A stretch of DNA of 64,000 nt from a virus (IMGVR_UViG_2929701070_000001:32001-96000), one strand, 5' to 3'; positions 9,510 to 19,622 are shown, counted from the first letter of the stretch. Made by a program: numbers and translations. Notes: generated by a model from the sequence alone, not told the origin.

Positions 9510-9920
9510 TCACCGCGCACCACCCGCGGTGCCGGTCTTGCGGGGGCGCCCACCGCCGACACCACGACCGGTCATGCCGCGCCGCCACGCGATCAGCTCG
9601 GCCTCCACATCGGCCAGGGTTTCCCCGTCCGCCCACGGCGCCCAGTACGGCACCGCGGACCCGCTGCGGAACTCCGGCACCTGGCCGGGCGGCAGCCCCA
9701 CGTAGCCCGACGGCGGGCGCAGCGGCCGGTGCGCGTACCGGCCACCCGGACGGGACTTGCGGACAGCGTCGAGCACGGTCGCGGGACTGATGACGGGCGC
9801 GTCGGGGTTGTTCTCCCGGTCAACGGCGGTGAACAGGGCCGCGACGTGCGCGGCGAGCAGGTACCCGCGCCGCGGGTCCGGCAGGGTGCTCGGGTAGGTG
9901 ATCGGCTCTCGGCGTGGCAT
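9510..9920 (-). CDS. Putative DNA-binding regulator at the end of the early array
   Basis: SD CAGGAG; C-terminal PYW...AWRR..GRGVGGGRPRK (AT-hook-like) tail. Confidence 0.5.
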   Translation of the reverse strand: MPRREPITYPSTLPDPRRGYLLAAHVAALFTAVDRENNPDAPVISPATVLDAVRKSRPGGRYAHRPLRPPSGYVGLPPGQVPEFRSGSAVPYWAPWADGETLADVEAELIAWRRGMTGRGVGGGRPRKTGTAGGAR

Positions 9921-9959
9921 CGGTGGTGCTCCTGTCGGCTGGTTGTGGCGGAGGTCAGG

Positions 9960-11957
9960 TTAGGCCGCACGCCGGCGGGCGGCGAGCAGGTCAGCGAACA
10001 CGTCCAGCGGCGCGACCGGGGCCGCCTTCGGCTCGGTGACAACGGCGGGCGGCGGGGCGACATCGGGCGTCGGCTCCGGCTCGGCCGGGTGGGTGCGCTC
10101 GGCGCCGTCGGCGGCGAGTAGCGCGGCATACGCGGCCAGGTACGCGGCGGCTTTCTCCTCGTACGCGCCCGGGTGCCGGTCGGTGAAGTCGGCACCCACG
10201 TAGTCATCCGGGACGCCGCAGACCCGCCGCCTGGCGATGCTCATACGCTGTGTGCGTGCCTTCTGGTTTCGCTTGTTCGTGTCCGCGATGCAGGAGGCGA
10301 CGAGCCTTTCCCACCGCTCGACGGCCGTCGTCTCCGGCTGCACCTCAACGACCGTCTCCGGCTCGGTGACGGGTCCGGGTGCGTTGACCGGCTCGGCTGC
10401 CTCTGCGGCAGGCTCCGGCATGCTTTCCGGCTCGGTGGGGGAGGCCGGCAACTCGGCGCGGTGCACGGCCAGCGGCTGCCACGGCTTGAACTCCCGCCGC
10501 GTGCCGTCGGCCAGGATGACCGCCCACCACCCGATGAACCGCTCCCCGGAGTAGTCGGGCCCGTCGTGGGGGATCACCTCGGCGACCGGGCCGCAGAACC
10601 CGCGCAGCAGCCGTTCGCCCATGCCAGCGAAACCCCGATCCCACCACCCGGCGACGATGTCGCCCGGCTGCACGTCCCGAACGTGCAGCCGCTCCGGCTC
10701 ACCCTCCGGCATCGTCCACGCGGGTTCCACCTCCGGCATGGCCGGCAGGCTGGCCCGGATGTCCGGCACCAACTCCCCGGCGGTCAGCCGGTCGAAGATG
10801 TCCACATAGGCGGCGGCCAACGCTCGGCGGGTGTCGGTGTCGTCGGGGTGCGGCTGGAACGCCTCCACCTCCGACCGCGCGGCGCCCAGGTCCAACCCGT
10901 GGGCGATGCGCTGCGCCCACCGCACGTGCTGCGCCTCACGCCGCGACGCGTCGTCGTGCCCGTCACGGTCGATCCACCGGGCCAAGTCCTCCCAGCGGGC
11001 CACCTTGCGCGCCAGGTCGACGGGCCACGCCTCGCCGTTCGGTGTGTCGAGCTGCATGCCGTCGCGCCGCCGGCCGCCGAGGTCGTCCCACGGCACGGTA
11101 TCCGTCCACGACCACGGCTGACCGTCGGCACCGTTCGGCTGCCCCAGCCCGATCAGCGGCGGCACACTGACGCTCTTACGGTTGACCCGGACTACCGGAT
11201 ACCAGACGCCGCGCACGTTCACCAAGTCACCCTTGCGGAAGTGCTCCGGCCCCCACGGCACGAACTCGCCCGACTCGGCCAACTTCCCCAGCTCTGCCCG
11301 CCAGTGCTCAATTTCCTCGGTCAGCCGTGCCACCTTGCTGGCGGCGCGCTCCCCGTAGTCGCGCTCCAACTTCCGCCGCTCCACCTCCAACCGTTCGATA
11401 CGCCGCATGGTCACCCGGGGATCCTGCCGGTGGGCCAGGTTGTGTCCGACCGCCTCGGCGCGGTGGGACAACTCGCGCGCCTTGTCGGCCGCCTCCCATG
11501 ACTTCTGGGTGTGGGCGTGGATCTTCTCGAACGCCCGCCGGTGCTTCCGCTCGGAGTGGTGCCCGATCTTGATGGGCTCCCCGAAAGGCATGTGGTCGCT
11601 GATCGCGTCGGCGGCGGCCCGCCGCGCCGACGACTCGGCGGCGGCCTTCCCGGCACGCTCGGCGTACCGGTCGGCCCGCCGGTCGGCGCGCTCGGCGCGG
11701 TCGGCTTCCCGCTCGGCAGTGGTGCGGGGGGTGTTGTCGATGTTCACGGTCACGTCGTGTCCGGCGTCGCGCAGTGCGTCGGCGGTGCGGTTGATGCGGG
11801 CGCGGTTGGCGTCCTTGTCGCGGCTCTGCCGGAGGTAGATGCCGACGTGCCGGCTGAAAGCCCAACCGTTGGCCTTGCAGATTTCCCATACGCCGTCACC
11901 CTTGCGAGATCCGGCGAGGGTGGTGCCGTCGGCGTGGGTGTGGGTGATGGTGAGCAC
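9960..11957 (-). CDS. DUF3560-domain multidomain protein
   Basis: ITHTHADGT...ERADR..Y...MPFGEPIKIGHHSERKHRR signature; SH3-like GDLVNVRG..VVRVNRKSV; SD GGGGGA before GTG 11957. Confidence 0.8.
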   Translation of the reverse strand: MLTITHTHADGTTLAGSRKGDGVWEICKANGWAFSRHVGIYLRQSRDKDANRARINRTADALRDAGHDVTVNIDNTPRTTAEREADRAERADRRADRYAERAGKAAAESSARRAAADAISDHMPFGEPIKIGHHSERKHRRAFEKIHAHTQKSWEAADKARELSHRAEAVGHNLAHRQDPRVTMRRIERLEVERRKLERDYGERAASKVARLTEEIEHWRAELGKLAESGEFVPWGPEHFRKGDLVNVRGVWYPVVRVNRKSVSVPPLIGLGQPNGADGQPWSWTDTVPWDDLGGRRRDGMQLDTPNGEAWPVDLARKVARWEDLARWIDRDGHDDASRREAQHVRWAQRIAHGLDLGAARSEVEAFQPHPDDTDTRRALAAAYVDIFDRLTAGELVPDIRASLPAMPEVEPAWTMPEGEPERLHVRDVQPGDIVAGWWDRGFAGMGERLLRGFCGPVAEVIPHDGPDYSGERFIGWWAVILADGTRREFKPWQPLAVHRAELPASPTEPESMPEPAAEAAEPVNAPGPVTEPETVVEVQPETTAVERWERLVASCIADTNKRNQKARTQRMSIARRRVCGVPDDYVGADFTDRHPGAYEEKAAAYLAAYAALLAADGAERTHPAEPEPTPDVAPPPAVVTEPKAAPVAPLDVFADLLAARRRAA

Positions 11958-11994
11958 TATTCCCCCTAGAATCTCTGCCCGTACTCTACGGGCA

Positions 11995-12023
11995 ATGTTA
12001 CGGGATGGGTTGACCTGGCACAA
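11995..12023 (-). promoter_or_regulatory. Early-type promoter of the DUF3560 gene
   Basis: Minus strand TTGTGC-N17-TAACAT, followed by hairpin TGCCCGTA-GAG-TACGGGCA. Confidence 0.6.
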
Positions 12024-12063
12024 CCGGCCAGCCCGACACCGCGCCGGGCTGGCCGACCGTCCA

Positions 12064-12780
12064 CTACCGACGCGCCGCCAGCAGGTCGGCGAACACGCCC
12101 GCCGCCGTCTCGGCCGCCGGCTCCGTCGCCGGCTCGCCCACCTCGCCGGGCTCGGCAAGCCGCCAGTGCGGCGCGGACAGGATCACCGACCCCCGGTCCG
12201 TCTCGGCGATCAGCCCGCCCGGCTGCACCCCGTGCACGGTCGCCGACACCGCGGGCGAGTCGCACACCCACACCTGCCCGACCTCCGGTGCCGGGGTGGT
12301 GTCGGGGCGCATGCTCTCCGGCCCCACGTAGGCGGGCCCGAGGGCGGCCCGGTTCACCGTGTACACCACGTCGCCGTCGGGCGCGTGGGTCACCTCGGCG
12401 ACAACGCCGGCCGACTCGGTGCCCTGCCACCCCCACCGCACACCCACCCGGTCGCCAACCGCGTACGCGTCGGCGGATCCGTACCCGCCCGGCTCGGCCA
12501 GCTCGGCGACCGGCTCCGGCTCGGCGGCGGCCCTGATCAGGTCACGCTCGGCGCGGGCGGCGGCGTCCCGGTTCGGGAACGTCGGCGCCTGCTCGAACGG
12601 GCGCGAATCGCACACGATCCGCCATTTGCGGTCGGGGTAATTGCGGCTGACGCACCCGGACGCGCCGGACGGATACCGGACGTTGGTCACGTACCACCCG
12701 CCGTGACGCCACGGCGAGTAGGTCGGCTCCCAATCGTCGGCGGCGTCGGCGGGGGTGTGGGTGTGGGCGGTGCTGGCCAT
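12064..12780 (-). CDS. Hypothetical multidomain protein ending FADLLAARR
   Basis: SD CAGGAGG; Trp/Arg N-terminal domain plus SH3/KOW-like YAVGDRVGV domain. Confidence 0.7.
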   Translation of the reverse strand: MASTAHTHTPADAADDWEPTYSPWRHGGWYVTNVRYPSGASGCVSRNYPDRKWRIVCDSRPFEQAPTFPNRDAAARAERDLIRAAAEPEPVAELAEPGGYGSADAYAVGDRVGVRWGWQGTESAGVVAEVTHAPDGDVVYTVNRAALGPAYVGPESMRPDTTPAPEVGQVWVCDSPAVSATVHGVQPGGLIAETDRGSVILSAPHWRLAEPGEVGEPATEPAAETAAGVFADLLAARR

Positions 12781-12899
12781 TGGTCGGCCCTCCTGTCTGG
12801 TCGGTTCGGTGGTTGGTTGGTGGTTGTGGTTGGTTCCGGGCGGTTGCCCCGCCGGCCGGTACCCGGTACAGCACCGGCCGCGGGGGTGGCGTCCGGCGC

Positions 12900-14039
12900 C
12901 TACGCGATGCGGGCGGCGGCCAGGTCGGCGAACGGGCTAACCGGTGCGGGCGCGGGCGCCACCTCGGCCAACGGGTTGGCCAGCGTGCACGCCGTCGCCC
13001 CCGGGCCGAGGATGCCGCACGGGTGCACGGCGCACCCCGTCAACACCTCCATGCCGTCCCACACGCCCGGCAGGTACGGGCCGGGACGCTCGCCCCGCAA
13101 CCGCCAGCACCCGCAGCCGAGCCGGTCGACCTGCTCGGCCACGAACCGAGCCACCGTCCGCGCGCCGGTCGTGTCCTCACACCACACCCGCACCCCATCC
13201 CACGCCCGCGGGCGGGTGCCGGCGGCCAGGTCGGCAGGCGTCAACGTCACCTCATGCCGCCCGGCACGTGCCACCGTCACCACATCGGCCGGGTCGAACC
13301 ACACGACCACCTGCGCGGCCGTCCCACCCGCCACCGTCTCCACCTGCTCGACACGCCGCGCGCCGAACTCCCGCCGCACCGCCTCCACCACCTCGGCGGA
13401 CGTCGCCGGCTCCGGCAGCGGCACCCCCGACGCGGAAACACGCCGCACCACCGCGTAACGCTTCCGCTCGGCCGTGGCGTGCGCGGCGTACTGGCACACC
13501 GTGTAGGCGTAGGAGGCGGCAGCGCCGACCGCCTCCGCGTCGGGGTGCGCGTGCTCCCGCCCCACCGCGTGGAAAGCGGCACCGTTCGCGACACCCGCCC
13601 CGCTGCGGTCGACCACGCCGATCACATCCGCGCCGACCTCGGTGCACACCACGATGCCCGCAGCCTGATACGCGGCGTTCTGCGCGGCGCGCAGCGTCTC
13701 ACCGGCCGCCCGTGCGGCGTTCCCGTCGGCCAGCGGCGCCAGCTCCCGCAGAATGCGGGCCATCTCCGCCAGCCCGCACGCGTCCAGCCAGGCGGGCGCG
13801 CACACCCTCGCCAACCAATCGAGCGACGCGAACCCGTACGCGGCGTTCTGCCGGGCGGCCTGCACCGCCGGCCCGGTGACGGTCGCGACCACCTGCACCC
13901 GGCCGCCGACGTGCGCGGCGTGGGCGATGTGGGCGACGCTGCCGCAGGTGCCGACCAGCCGCACACCGTGCGCGGCGTCGGGCATGATGGGCAGCCGCTC
14001 GGCGGGGCGGCTGTCGGTGGTCCTGATGGATGCGTACAT
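12900..14039 (-). CDS. Hypothetical protein ending FADLAAARIA
   Basis: SD CAGGAG before ATG 14039; Ala-rich, Cys cluster near the C-terminus. Confidence 0.65.
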   Translation of the reverse strand: MYASIRTTDSRPAERLPIMPDAAHGVRLVGTCGSVAHIAHAAHVGGRVQVVATVTGPAVQAARQNAAYGFASLDWLARVCAPAWLDACGLAEMARILRELAPLADGNAARAAGETLRAAQNAAYQAAGIVVCTEVGADVIGVVDRSGAGVANGAAFHAVGREHAHPDAEAVGAAASYAYTVCQYAAHATAERKRYAVVRRVSASGVPLPEPATSAEVVEAVRREFGARRVEQVETVAGGTAAQVVVWFDPADVVTVARAGRHEVTLTPADLAAGTRPRAWDGVRVWCEDTTGARTVARFVAEQVDRLGCGCWRLRGERPGPYLPGVWDGMEVLTGCAVHPCGILGPGATACTLANPLAEVAPAPAPVSPFADLAAARIA

Positions 14040-14127
14040 CTTTCGGTCTCCTGTCCGGTCGGTGCGGTTGGTGGTTGTGGTTGGTTGTCCGGGCGGTTGC
14101 CGTGCGGGCGGGCGGCGTCCGGCGCCG

Positions 14128-14538
14128 TCAGCAGGTACAGGCGGGCAGTACGGTTTCCGAGTCGCGCACCGGCTCGGCGAACCGCCGCTCCGGCGCCCCC
14201 GCGCACTCCGGCGGCAGCGTCCACGCGCCCAGGTAGAACCGCAACCGCCGCTCGGCGAACTCCACCCACCCGACCAGGTTTCGCGCCCGCCAATCCGACC
14301 GGACACGCGCGACACGGGCACGCTCCCGGGTGATCTGCTCGAACTCGCTGCGCAGCTGCCAAACGAGGTTGGTTCGGCGGCACTCCGGCCCGGTCTCACC
14401 GTGAAGGCGCATCCGGCAGCAGTACGCCGGCAGTTCGCTTTCGGTGACGGTCGCGGCGGGCAGGTCCCGGGTAGCGGCCTGATAGATGCCGTTGTCGTAC
14501 GGGTGGCCGGGTGTGGGGGTGGTGAGTACGCGTCGCAT
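14128..14538 (-). CDS. Hypothetical protein
   Basis: SD CGGAG before ATG 14538, preceded by an A/C-rich leader. Confidence 0.55.
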   Translation of the reverse strand: MRRVLTTPTPGHPYDNGIYQAATRDLPAATVTESELPAYCCRMRLHGETGPECRRTNLVWQLRSEFEQITRERARVARVRSDWRARNLVGWVEFAERRLRFYLGAWTLPPECAGAPERRFAEPVRDSETVLPACTC

Positions 14539-14662
14539 GGCTGCTGGTCTCCGTTCGGTTGGTCCGGTCTGGTGGTGTGGTTGGTTCGGTTGCTCCGACG
14601 GTCCGGTGCCCCGTGGCCGCCGACCGGACCGGGTAGCCCGGTCGGCGCCAGGCGGGCACCGG

Positions 14663-14920
14663 CTACCGGGCGTCGGCGGGGCACAGGTCGGGGTCGTGTT
14701 CGCCGGCGGGCCATCCGCACACTTCGCACGTCTCGACACCACGTTCGTTAAGTTCGGTTTCGATGGCGACTAGCACGACTACCCAGGCCGCCCCATCGGC
14801 ACCGTGCACACTGCGCGAAAGGCCGCTGCCAAGTTTGTAGTCGCGGATCAGTTGGTCCGTAGATCGAGAGGTCACCATCGTGCGCATGTCGCTGCGTAGA
14901 TGCTGGGCCGTCTTCGCCAT
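14663..14920 (-). CDS. Hypothetical protein with C-terminal CxxC..H..C
   Basis: SD CAGGAGG before ATG 14920. Confidence 0.5.
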   Translation of the reverse strand: MAKTAQHLRSDMRTMVTSRSTDQLIRDYKLGSGLSRSVHGADGAAWVVVLVAIETELNERGVETCEVCGWPAGEHDPDLCPADAR

Positions 14921-15063
14921 TTCCGCCCTCCTGCGTTGTCGGTCATGGTGTCTGCCTCCGGCCGGTGCGGGTGATTCGGTCGGGTGGTTGGGCGAGGTTG
15001 CCCGGTTCCCCGCGGCCACCCGCCGGACCGTCACCGGCTCGGCGGGCACCGTGCGGGAACCGG

Positions 15064-15546
15064 TCAGCCGCTGAACCGGTACGCGCGCCCCTTGTCGATC
15101 AGGTGCGGCGACGCGTGCACGTGCAAACCCTTGGTGAGGGGGTAGTCACGCCACCACCGCGCGTCGGCGTCCCACCCGGCCGCACCCACAATGAACGCGT
15201 AGCCGCAGCCGTGCTCGGCGTACTGCCGTGACTGCCGGTACCGGTCGGCGTCGTGACCGGTCGCCCCGGCCGGAATCGGGCTGGCCGCGTACGCGGCAAC
15301 GATCGTCGCGGTGGTGCGGAACATCCACCCGCCCGCAGGAAACTTGCGCGACTCGCCGTCGGCGACGCCGGGAAACTCCCGCCACCCGTCGCGGGTGATG
15401 TCCCGCATCAGCCGGGCGAACACGTCCGGGATGACGATCACCTCGCGTCCCATGTGGTCGGTGGTCACGGTGACGTCGGCGGCGGTGAGGGTCGGCAGAA
15501 TGACGGCGGTCTGCTCGGTCGGGCGGGTGGCGATCGCGGTGGTCAT
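15064..15546 (-). CDS. Hypothetical protein
   Basis: SD CGGAG, A/C-rich leader, GC3-rich codons. Confidence 0.65.
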   Translation of the reverse strand: MTTAIATRPTEQTAVILPTLTAADVTVTTDHMGREVIVIPDVFARLMRDITRDGWREFPGVADGESRKFPAGGWMFRTTATIVAAYAASPIPAGATGHDADRYRQSRQYAEHGCGYAFIVGAAGWDADARWWRDYPLTKGLHVHASPHLIDKGRAYRFSG

Positions 15547-15646
15547 GGCGTGCACTCCGTTTCGGTCGGTTTGGTTGTGGTGGTGTGGTTGGCCCGGCGG
15601 TTGCCACACGGGCCCCGCGCGCGCCGGCCGCATGGTTGGGGTTGGA

Positions 15647-15955
15647 TCAGCGGCCGGGCGGCGGCCCGTACTTGGGAGACACGCAGAAGTCGGCGATTAC
15701 GTCGGGGGAGCCGACCCGCCGCAGGACCGGCTGCCCCGGGTCGATGCGGTTACCGCACAGCACGCACCACATGTCCCGGGCGGTGGTGGTGGTGTGCTCC
15801 CACCGGTTCCCGTCAATGTCATCGACGACGGTCGGGCATCCCCGCTTGCCGGCACCCTCACAGAACTCGCACCCGCCGGGCTGCCCGCCGCACCACCCGC
15901 ACCACTGCCACCCGGTGCACGGTCCGTGTCCGGTGCACTCGCTCGCGTTGTCCAT
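15647..15955 (-). CDS. Cys-rich Zn-finger protein (DnaJ-like CxxCxGxG repeats)
   Basis: CGWCGG, CEFCEGAG, CVLCG; SD CAGGAGG. Confidence 0.65.
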   Translation of the reverse strand: MDNASECTGHGPCTGWQWCGWCGGQPGGCEFCEGAGKRGCPTVVDDIDGNRWEHTTTTARDMWCVLCGNRIDPGQPVLRRVGSPDVIADFCVSPKYGPPPGR

Positions 15956-16151
15956 GTCGTTCCTCCTGTTCGTTGGTTGGTGTGGTGTGTGGCTGGAATC
16001 CTTGCCGGTGTGTCACGGGCAATGTTACGTGTGCGAGGGGTAAACCGCCACCCCAACGGCGGCCCGCACCCCGGAATTTCTGGCCGAGAGCTCGGCGACC
16101 CGGCCAGGCCGGACGGGCACCGGCCCAACGAACCGGCACCCGCCCCACCGG

Positions 16152-18974
16152 CTACACGCCGGCAGCCACCCCGGCAGGCGTGAAACCGCGCGCCGCCAAC
16201 TGATCGGCCACAATCGCCCACACCTGCGGCAGATCGGAGGCGGCAACACGGTCCGGCGTGACCGTCACCCGCTTAGCCTTACGGTCCGGCACAATCGACA
16301 CCTGCCCCACCTTGACGCCGGCGTCACGCATGAGCTGCGCCACCTGCGGCCGTACCGCCTTGAGAACCGACCACAGCGGCATGCCCGCCGGGTACACCCA
16401 CACCGGCACCGGCACACCGTCCACCGACGCCAGCTCGGCGACCGGACCCGGCGCCGGGGCGGGCGACACCGGCACCGGCATGTCATCCGCCGCCCACCCG
16501 GCCACCACCTCCGCCGCCGTGTCCGGCACAGGCCGCGCCTCCGTGTGCTGCGCCCGCCACTGACCGGCGTTCACCCGCCCGTGGGTGGCAAACCACTCCC
16601 GCAATTCCTCCGACGCATACAGCTCCACCCGCGACGCCGGGCCGGACCACAGCGACCGGGGGTCGATACCGGCAGCCTCCCCGGCCGCCGTGAGCATGTG
16701 CCCCCGACAGTCAGTCTCGGCCTGCTTGAACCACACGCCCACCATGTCGGCGTAGTCGCGTCGCAGGATGGCTGCCCGCGACGGGCGCGGCGTACGGGCG
16801 GCAGCCTCGGCGGCAGCGGCAGCCTCGGCGGCTTCCCGGTCCTGCGCACGGTCGCACGCGTCGGCGATCCCGTAAAGGGTGTCCCCGTCGTCGGGGTCAA
16901 CGTCCGCCATGACGGCCAGCGCCACGGCCAGCGCGTCACTGTCGACCGTGTCCAGACCGGCCCACAGGTCGACCGGCTCGGCGGTGTTGGCGTCGACCAC
17001 GGCAACGGGCAGCGTCGCCCCGGCCTCCGGCGTCGGGTCGGCCTCCGGCTCCGGCTCGGCGGTCAAGTCCACGCGACGCGCGACCGCCACCAACACACCG
17101 CCAACGGTCACGCCGTAATCCGGGTCCGCCTCGGCCTCCGCCTCCGGCTCCGGTTGGGTCGGGGTCGGCTCGGCCTCTACCTGGGCGACCGGCCCGGCGG
17201 CCGTCGGCTCGGTCAGCGCGTCGGCAGTGATGTTGCCCAAACCATCGATCATGCCGAGGTCACCCCAGTTGCGGCGGGCCGCCGCGCGCGTGTCAGCGCA
17301 CGCGAACAGTTGACCCTGTACCGCCTCCGGCTCCGGCTCGGCGACCGACACGGGCGCACGGTCAGCGACACTCGGCGCGTCCACGGGGAACGCCTCCGCC
17401 TCCCCGTCGGTGGTCAGCTGGACGACGTCCGGCACCGCCTCGGCGACGGGCCCGGCCTCCGGCTCCGGCAGTGCGGGCAGTTTGTCGAACACGTCCCACG
17501 GGGCGTGCGCCTTCCCGCAGTAGCACACGAACTGAGGCGACCGGCACACGTTGTCGCCAATCACGGCAAGCCGCACCGTGTAGTCAGGCGCAAACCGGGT
17601 GTACGTGCCGCCGTTGAAAATCCAATGCCCATCCGCCCCGGCGTGTCGGCCGGACCGTTGAACGGTGCCGAGGTGTCCGCCGCCGGTCAGCACCCACACG
17701 CCCGGCCGGATAGCGTCCGGCACAGGCACCCGCGCGGCGACCGGCTCGGCGGGGGTCGGCTCGGCACCCGCCAGCACGTCCGGCGACACGTCGCACGGCT
17801 CGGCCTGGCCGTCCCCTCCCGCGACCGGCTCGGGCTCGGCCATGGGCAGAGCGGCCAGCATGTCCGACCACCCGTACACCGCGCCCGACGCGCCCGTCTC
17901 CCGGTAGCCGGGGGCGACGCGCTGCCCGTCCGCCACGGCCTGCCGCGCGCCGTCCATGTCACCAGCGGCGTACGCGTCCAACGCACGCGCCATGATCTCG
18001 GCAGCCGGGTCAACCGTTTCCGGCTCCGGCGCGGCGTCGGTCGTGGCCGGATCGACGGTGACAGCCTCCGGCTCGGCAATGATCGGCAGATAGTAGGCGT
18101 AAAAGCCACCGAACGCCGGAGACTCCGCACGATCGAACCGGTACGGACGACCGAACGCACGCGACACAAGCGCGGCATCCGGGCGGGCACCCTTGACCGA
18201 CACTCGGCCCGTTTCCAGGCTGTACCGCACCCGCACCCGGTCCGACCCGCGCAGGTTCCCCGCACGGCGCGCGGTCTGCGTCAACGACCGGCACGCACGG
18301 TCAACGTCCACGATCGGCGTGACCGGCTCGGCCACGGTCTCCGGCTCGGCGTCCGGGGTCACCTCGGCCACCGGCTCGGCGTCACGCCGGACGGCGTACC
18401 GGTCAGCGTCACCGTCGACCGGGGTCAAGATGTCTTCCGACACCGACCGGGACCCGTAACCCGGCAGGGTGAGCCGGTAGTTACGGAGCGCGTACTCACC
18501 ACCGGGGTACGCGTCACACACAGCCTCCACCGTCGCCGTGAGGTATTCGGCGTAACCGGACGTGACTCGCACCTCGGTACCGACCGGGTACGCCGTACGG
18601 AAGTTGACCCCCGTCGGGCACGTGACGCACACCGCCACGGGCTGACCGTCCGCACCGTCGGTGATCTCGGCCTTCCCGTACATGTTCACGCCGCATCGGG
18701 CGCACATGACACGGTGAAAGTCGATCTCTTCCCGTAGTGCGGTGACAGCCTCGGCGCGGACAACGTCGGCAGGCTTGCTGCGGGCGGAAAGTTTCGCGTT
18801 CACGGTTACCCGCTTCCCGCAGTATCCCCATTCGGTGCCATCGGACAGCTTGATCAGGGTGAATGACAACTTGCCGTAGAACTTGCTACCGAGGTGCGAC
18901 ACGTTGCGCACGCTGGTCACCCGGAACTCTTCACCCCGTACGGTCACGTGGTCGCCCATGCTCTGCGGTGCCAT
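16152..18974 (-). CDS. Large modular (polyvalent-type) protein with EPEP linkers
   Basis: 940 aa; several small domains (Zn ribbons, SH3-like) separated by acidic Pro-rich linkers; SD GGAGGT. Confidence 0.75.
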   Translation of the reverse strand: MAPQSMGDHVTVRGEEFRVTSVRNVSHLGSKFYGKLSFTLIKLSDGTEWGYCGKRVTVNAKLSARSKPADVVRAEAVTALREEIDFHRVMCARCGVNMYGKAEITDGADGQPVAVCVTCPTGVNFRTAYPVGTEVRVTSGYAEYLTATVEAVCDAYPGGEYALRNYRLTLPGYGSRSVSEDILTPVDGDADRYAVRRDAEPVAEVTPDAEPETVAEPVTPIVDVDRACRSLTQTARRAGNLRGSDRVRVRYSLETGRVSVKGARPDAALVSRAFGRPYRFDRAESPAFGGFYAYYLPIIAEPEAVTVDPATTDAAPEPETVDPAAEIMARALDAYAAGDMDGARQAVADGQRVAPGYRETGASGAVYGWSDMLAALPMAEPEPVAGGDGQAEPCDVSPDVLAGAEPTPAEPVAARVPVPDAIRPGVWVLTGGGHLGTVQRSGRHAGADGHWIFNGGTYTRFAPDYTVRLAVIGDNVCRSPQFVCYCGKAHAPWDVFDKLPALPEPEAGPVAEAVPDVVQLTTDGEAEAFPVDAPSVADRAPVSVAEPEPEAVQGQLFACADTRAAARRNWGDLGMIDGLGNITADALTEPTAAGPVAQVEAEPTPTQPEPEAEAEADPDYGVTVGGVLVAVARRVDLTAEPEPEADPTPEAGATLPVAVVDANTAEPVDLWAGLDTVDSDALAVALAVMADVDPDDGDTLYGIADACDRAQDREAAEAAAAAEAAARTPRPSRAAILRRDYADMVGVWFKQAETDCRGHMLTAAGEAAGIDPRSLWSGPASRVELYASEELREWFATHGRVNAGQWRAQHTEARPVPDTAAEVVAGWAADDMPVPVSPAPAPGPVAELASVDGVPVPVWVYPAGMPLWSVLKAVRPQVAQLMRDAGVKVGQVSIVPDRKAKRVTVTPDRVAASDLPQVWAIVADQLAARGFTPAGVAAGV

Positions 18975-19089
18975 GATCCTGCTACCTCCGGTCGGTTGGT
19001 GCGGTCGGTTGGTTGGTGTGGTTGGTTGCTCCGAGGATTGCCACGCATGCCCGACCCCCGTCGGGCACCATGGGTGACCTCGGAACGGG

Positions 19090-19365
19090 TCACACGGTGT
19101 GGGGCCGCTCGGCGAGTAGTGCGTTAACCCGGTCGGTTACAGCGTTCACCAGCCGCCATCCGGCGGGATCGGACGGGTCTTCCGGAAGGTCGGTCCCCCA
19201 CGGCACCTCCTGCACGTACTCGTTCGCGTCCACGTAGTCATGCAGGTCGGTGAACGTGCGAACGGTGGCGGGCACCTCCCCGTTCTTTATGCTGGCCAGG
19301 ATGTCGGCGTAAACGGCCTGCGCGACGCCTTCAACGTCGTACGTGTTGGGATCGATCGTGACCAT
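19090..19365 (-). CDS. Small acidic hypothetical protein
   Basis: SD GGAGGT; MVTIDPNTY...TFTDLHDYVDANEY. Confidence 0.65.
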   Translation of the reverse strand: MVTIDPNTYDVEGVAQAVYADILASIKNGEVPATVRTFTDLHDYVDANEYVQEVPWGTDLPEDPSDPAGWRLVNAVTDRVNALLAERPHTV

Positions 19366-19397
19366 GGCGGTTACCTCCGGTCGGTTCGTTCGGTTGG

Positions 19398-19622
19398 TCA
19401 GTGAATCTCGGTCACGGTTGCGCCGTGCTGCGCGCACGCTGCGAGCAGATCGGTCACACGCTCGGCAGACATACCGGTAGCGGTGACCGTGTGAGTCATT
19501 CCCTCCACCCACCGGATATCGGCACCCACCTCCGCCATGGCGGTGAAGGCGTCCCCGATCGGGTTGGGGTCCTCGGCGTAGTAGGGACGCTCGGCGTGTT
19601 CGGCGATCCTCCACGTGCGCAT
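19398..19622 (-). CDS. Small hypothetical protein
   Basis: SD GGAGGT before ATG 19622. Confidence 0.55.
   Translation of the reverse strand: MRTWRIAEHAERPYYAEDPNPIGDAFTAMAEVGADIRWVEGMTHTVTATGMSAERVTDLLAACAQHGATVTEIH

Noticed and set aside
8975-9510. Small minus-strand ORFs at the end of the early array
   Set aside because: Frames and starts are ambiguous and one overlaps the lipoprotein gene; not called
14872-14946. Short minus-strand ORF (MTDNAGGRKW...) with GGAGG overlapping the start of 14663-14920
   Set aside because: Only 24 codons; the downstream gene has its own SD; cannot distinguish a uORF from a remnant
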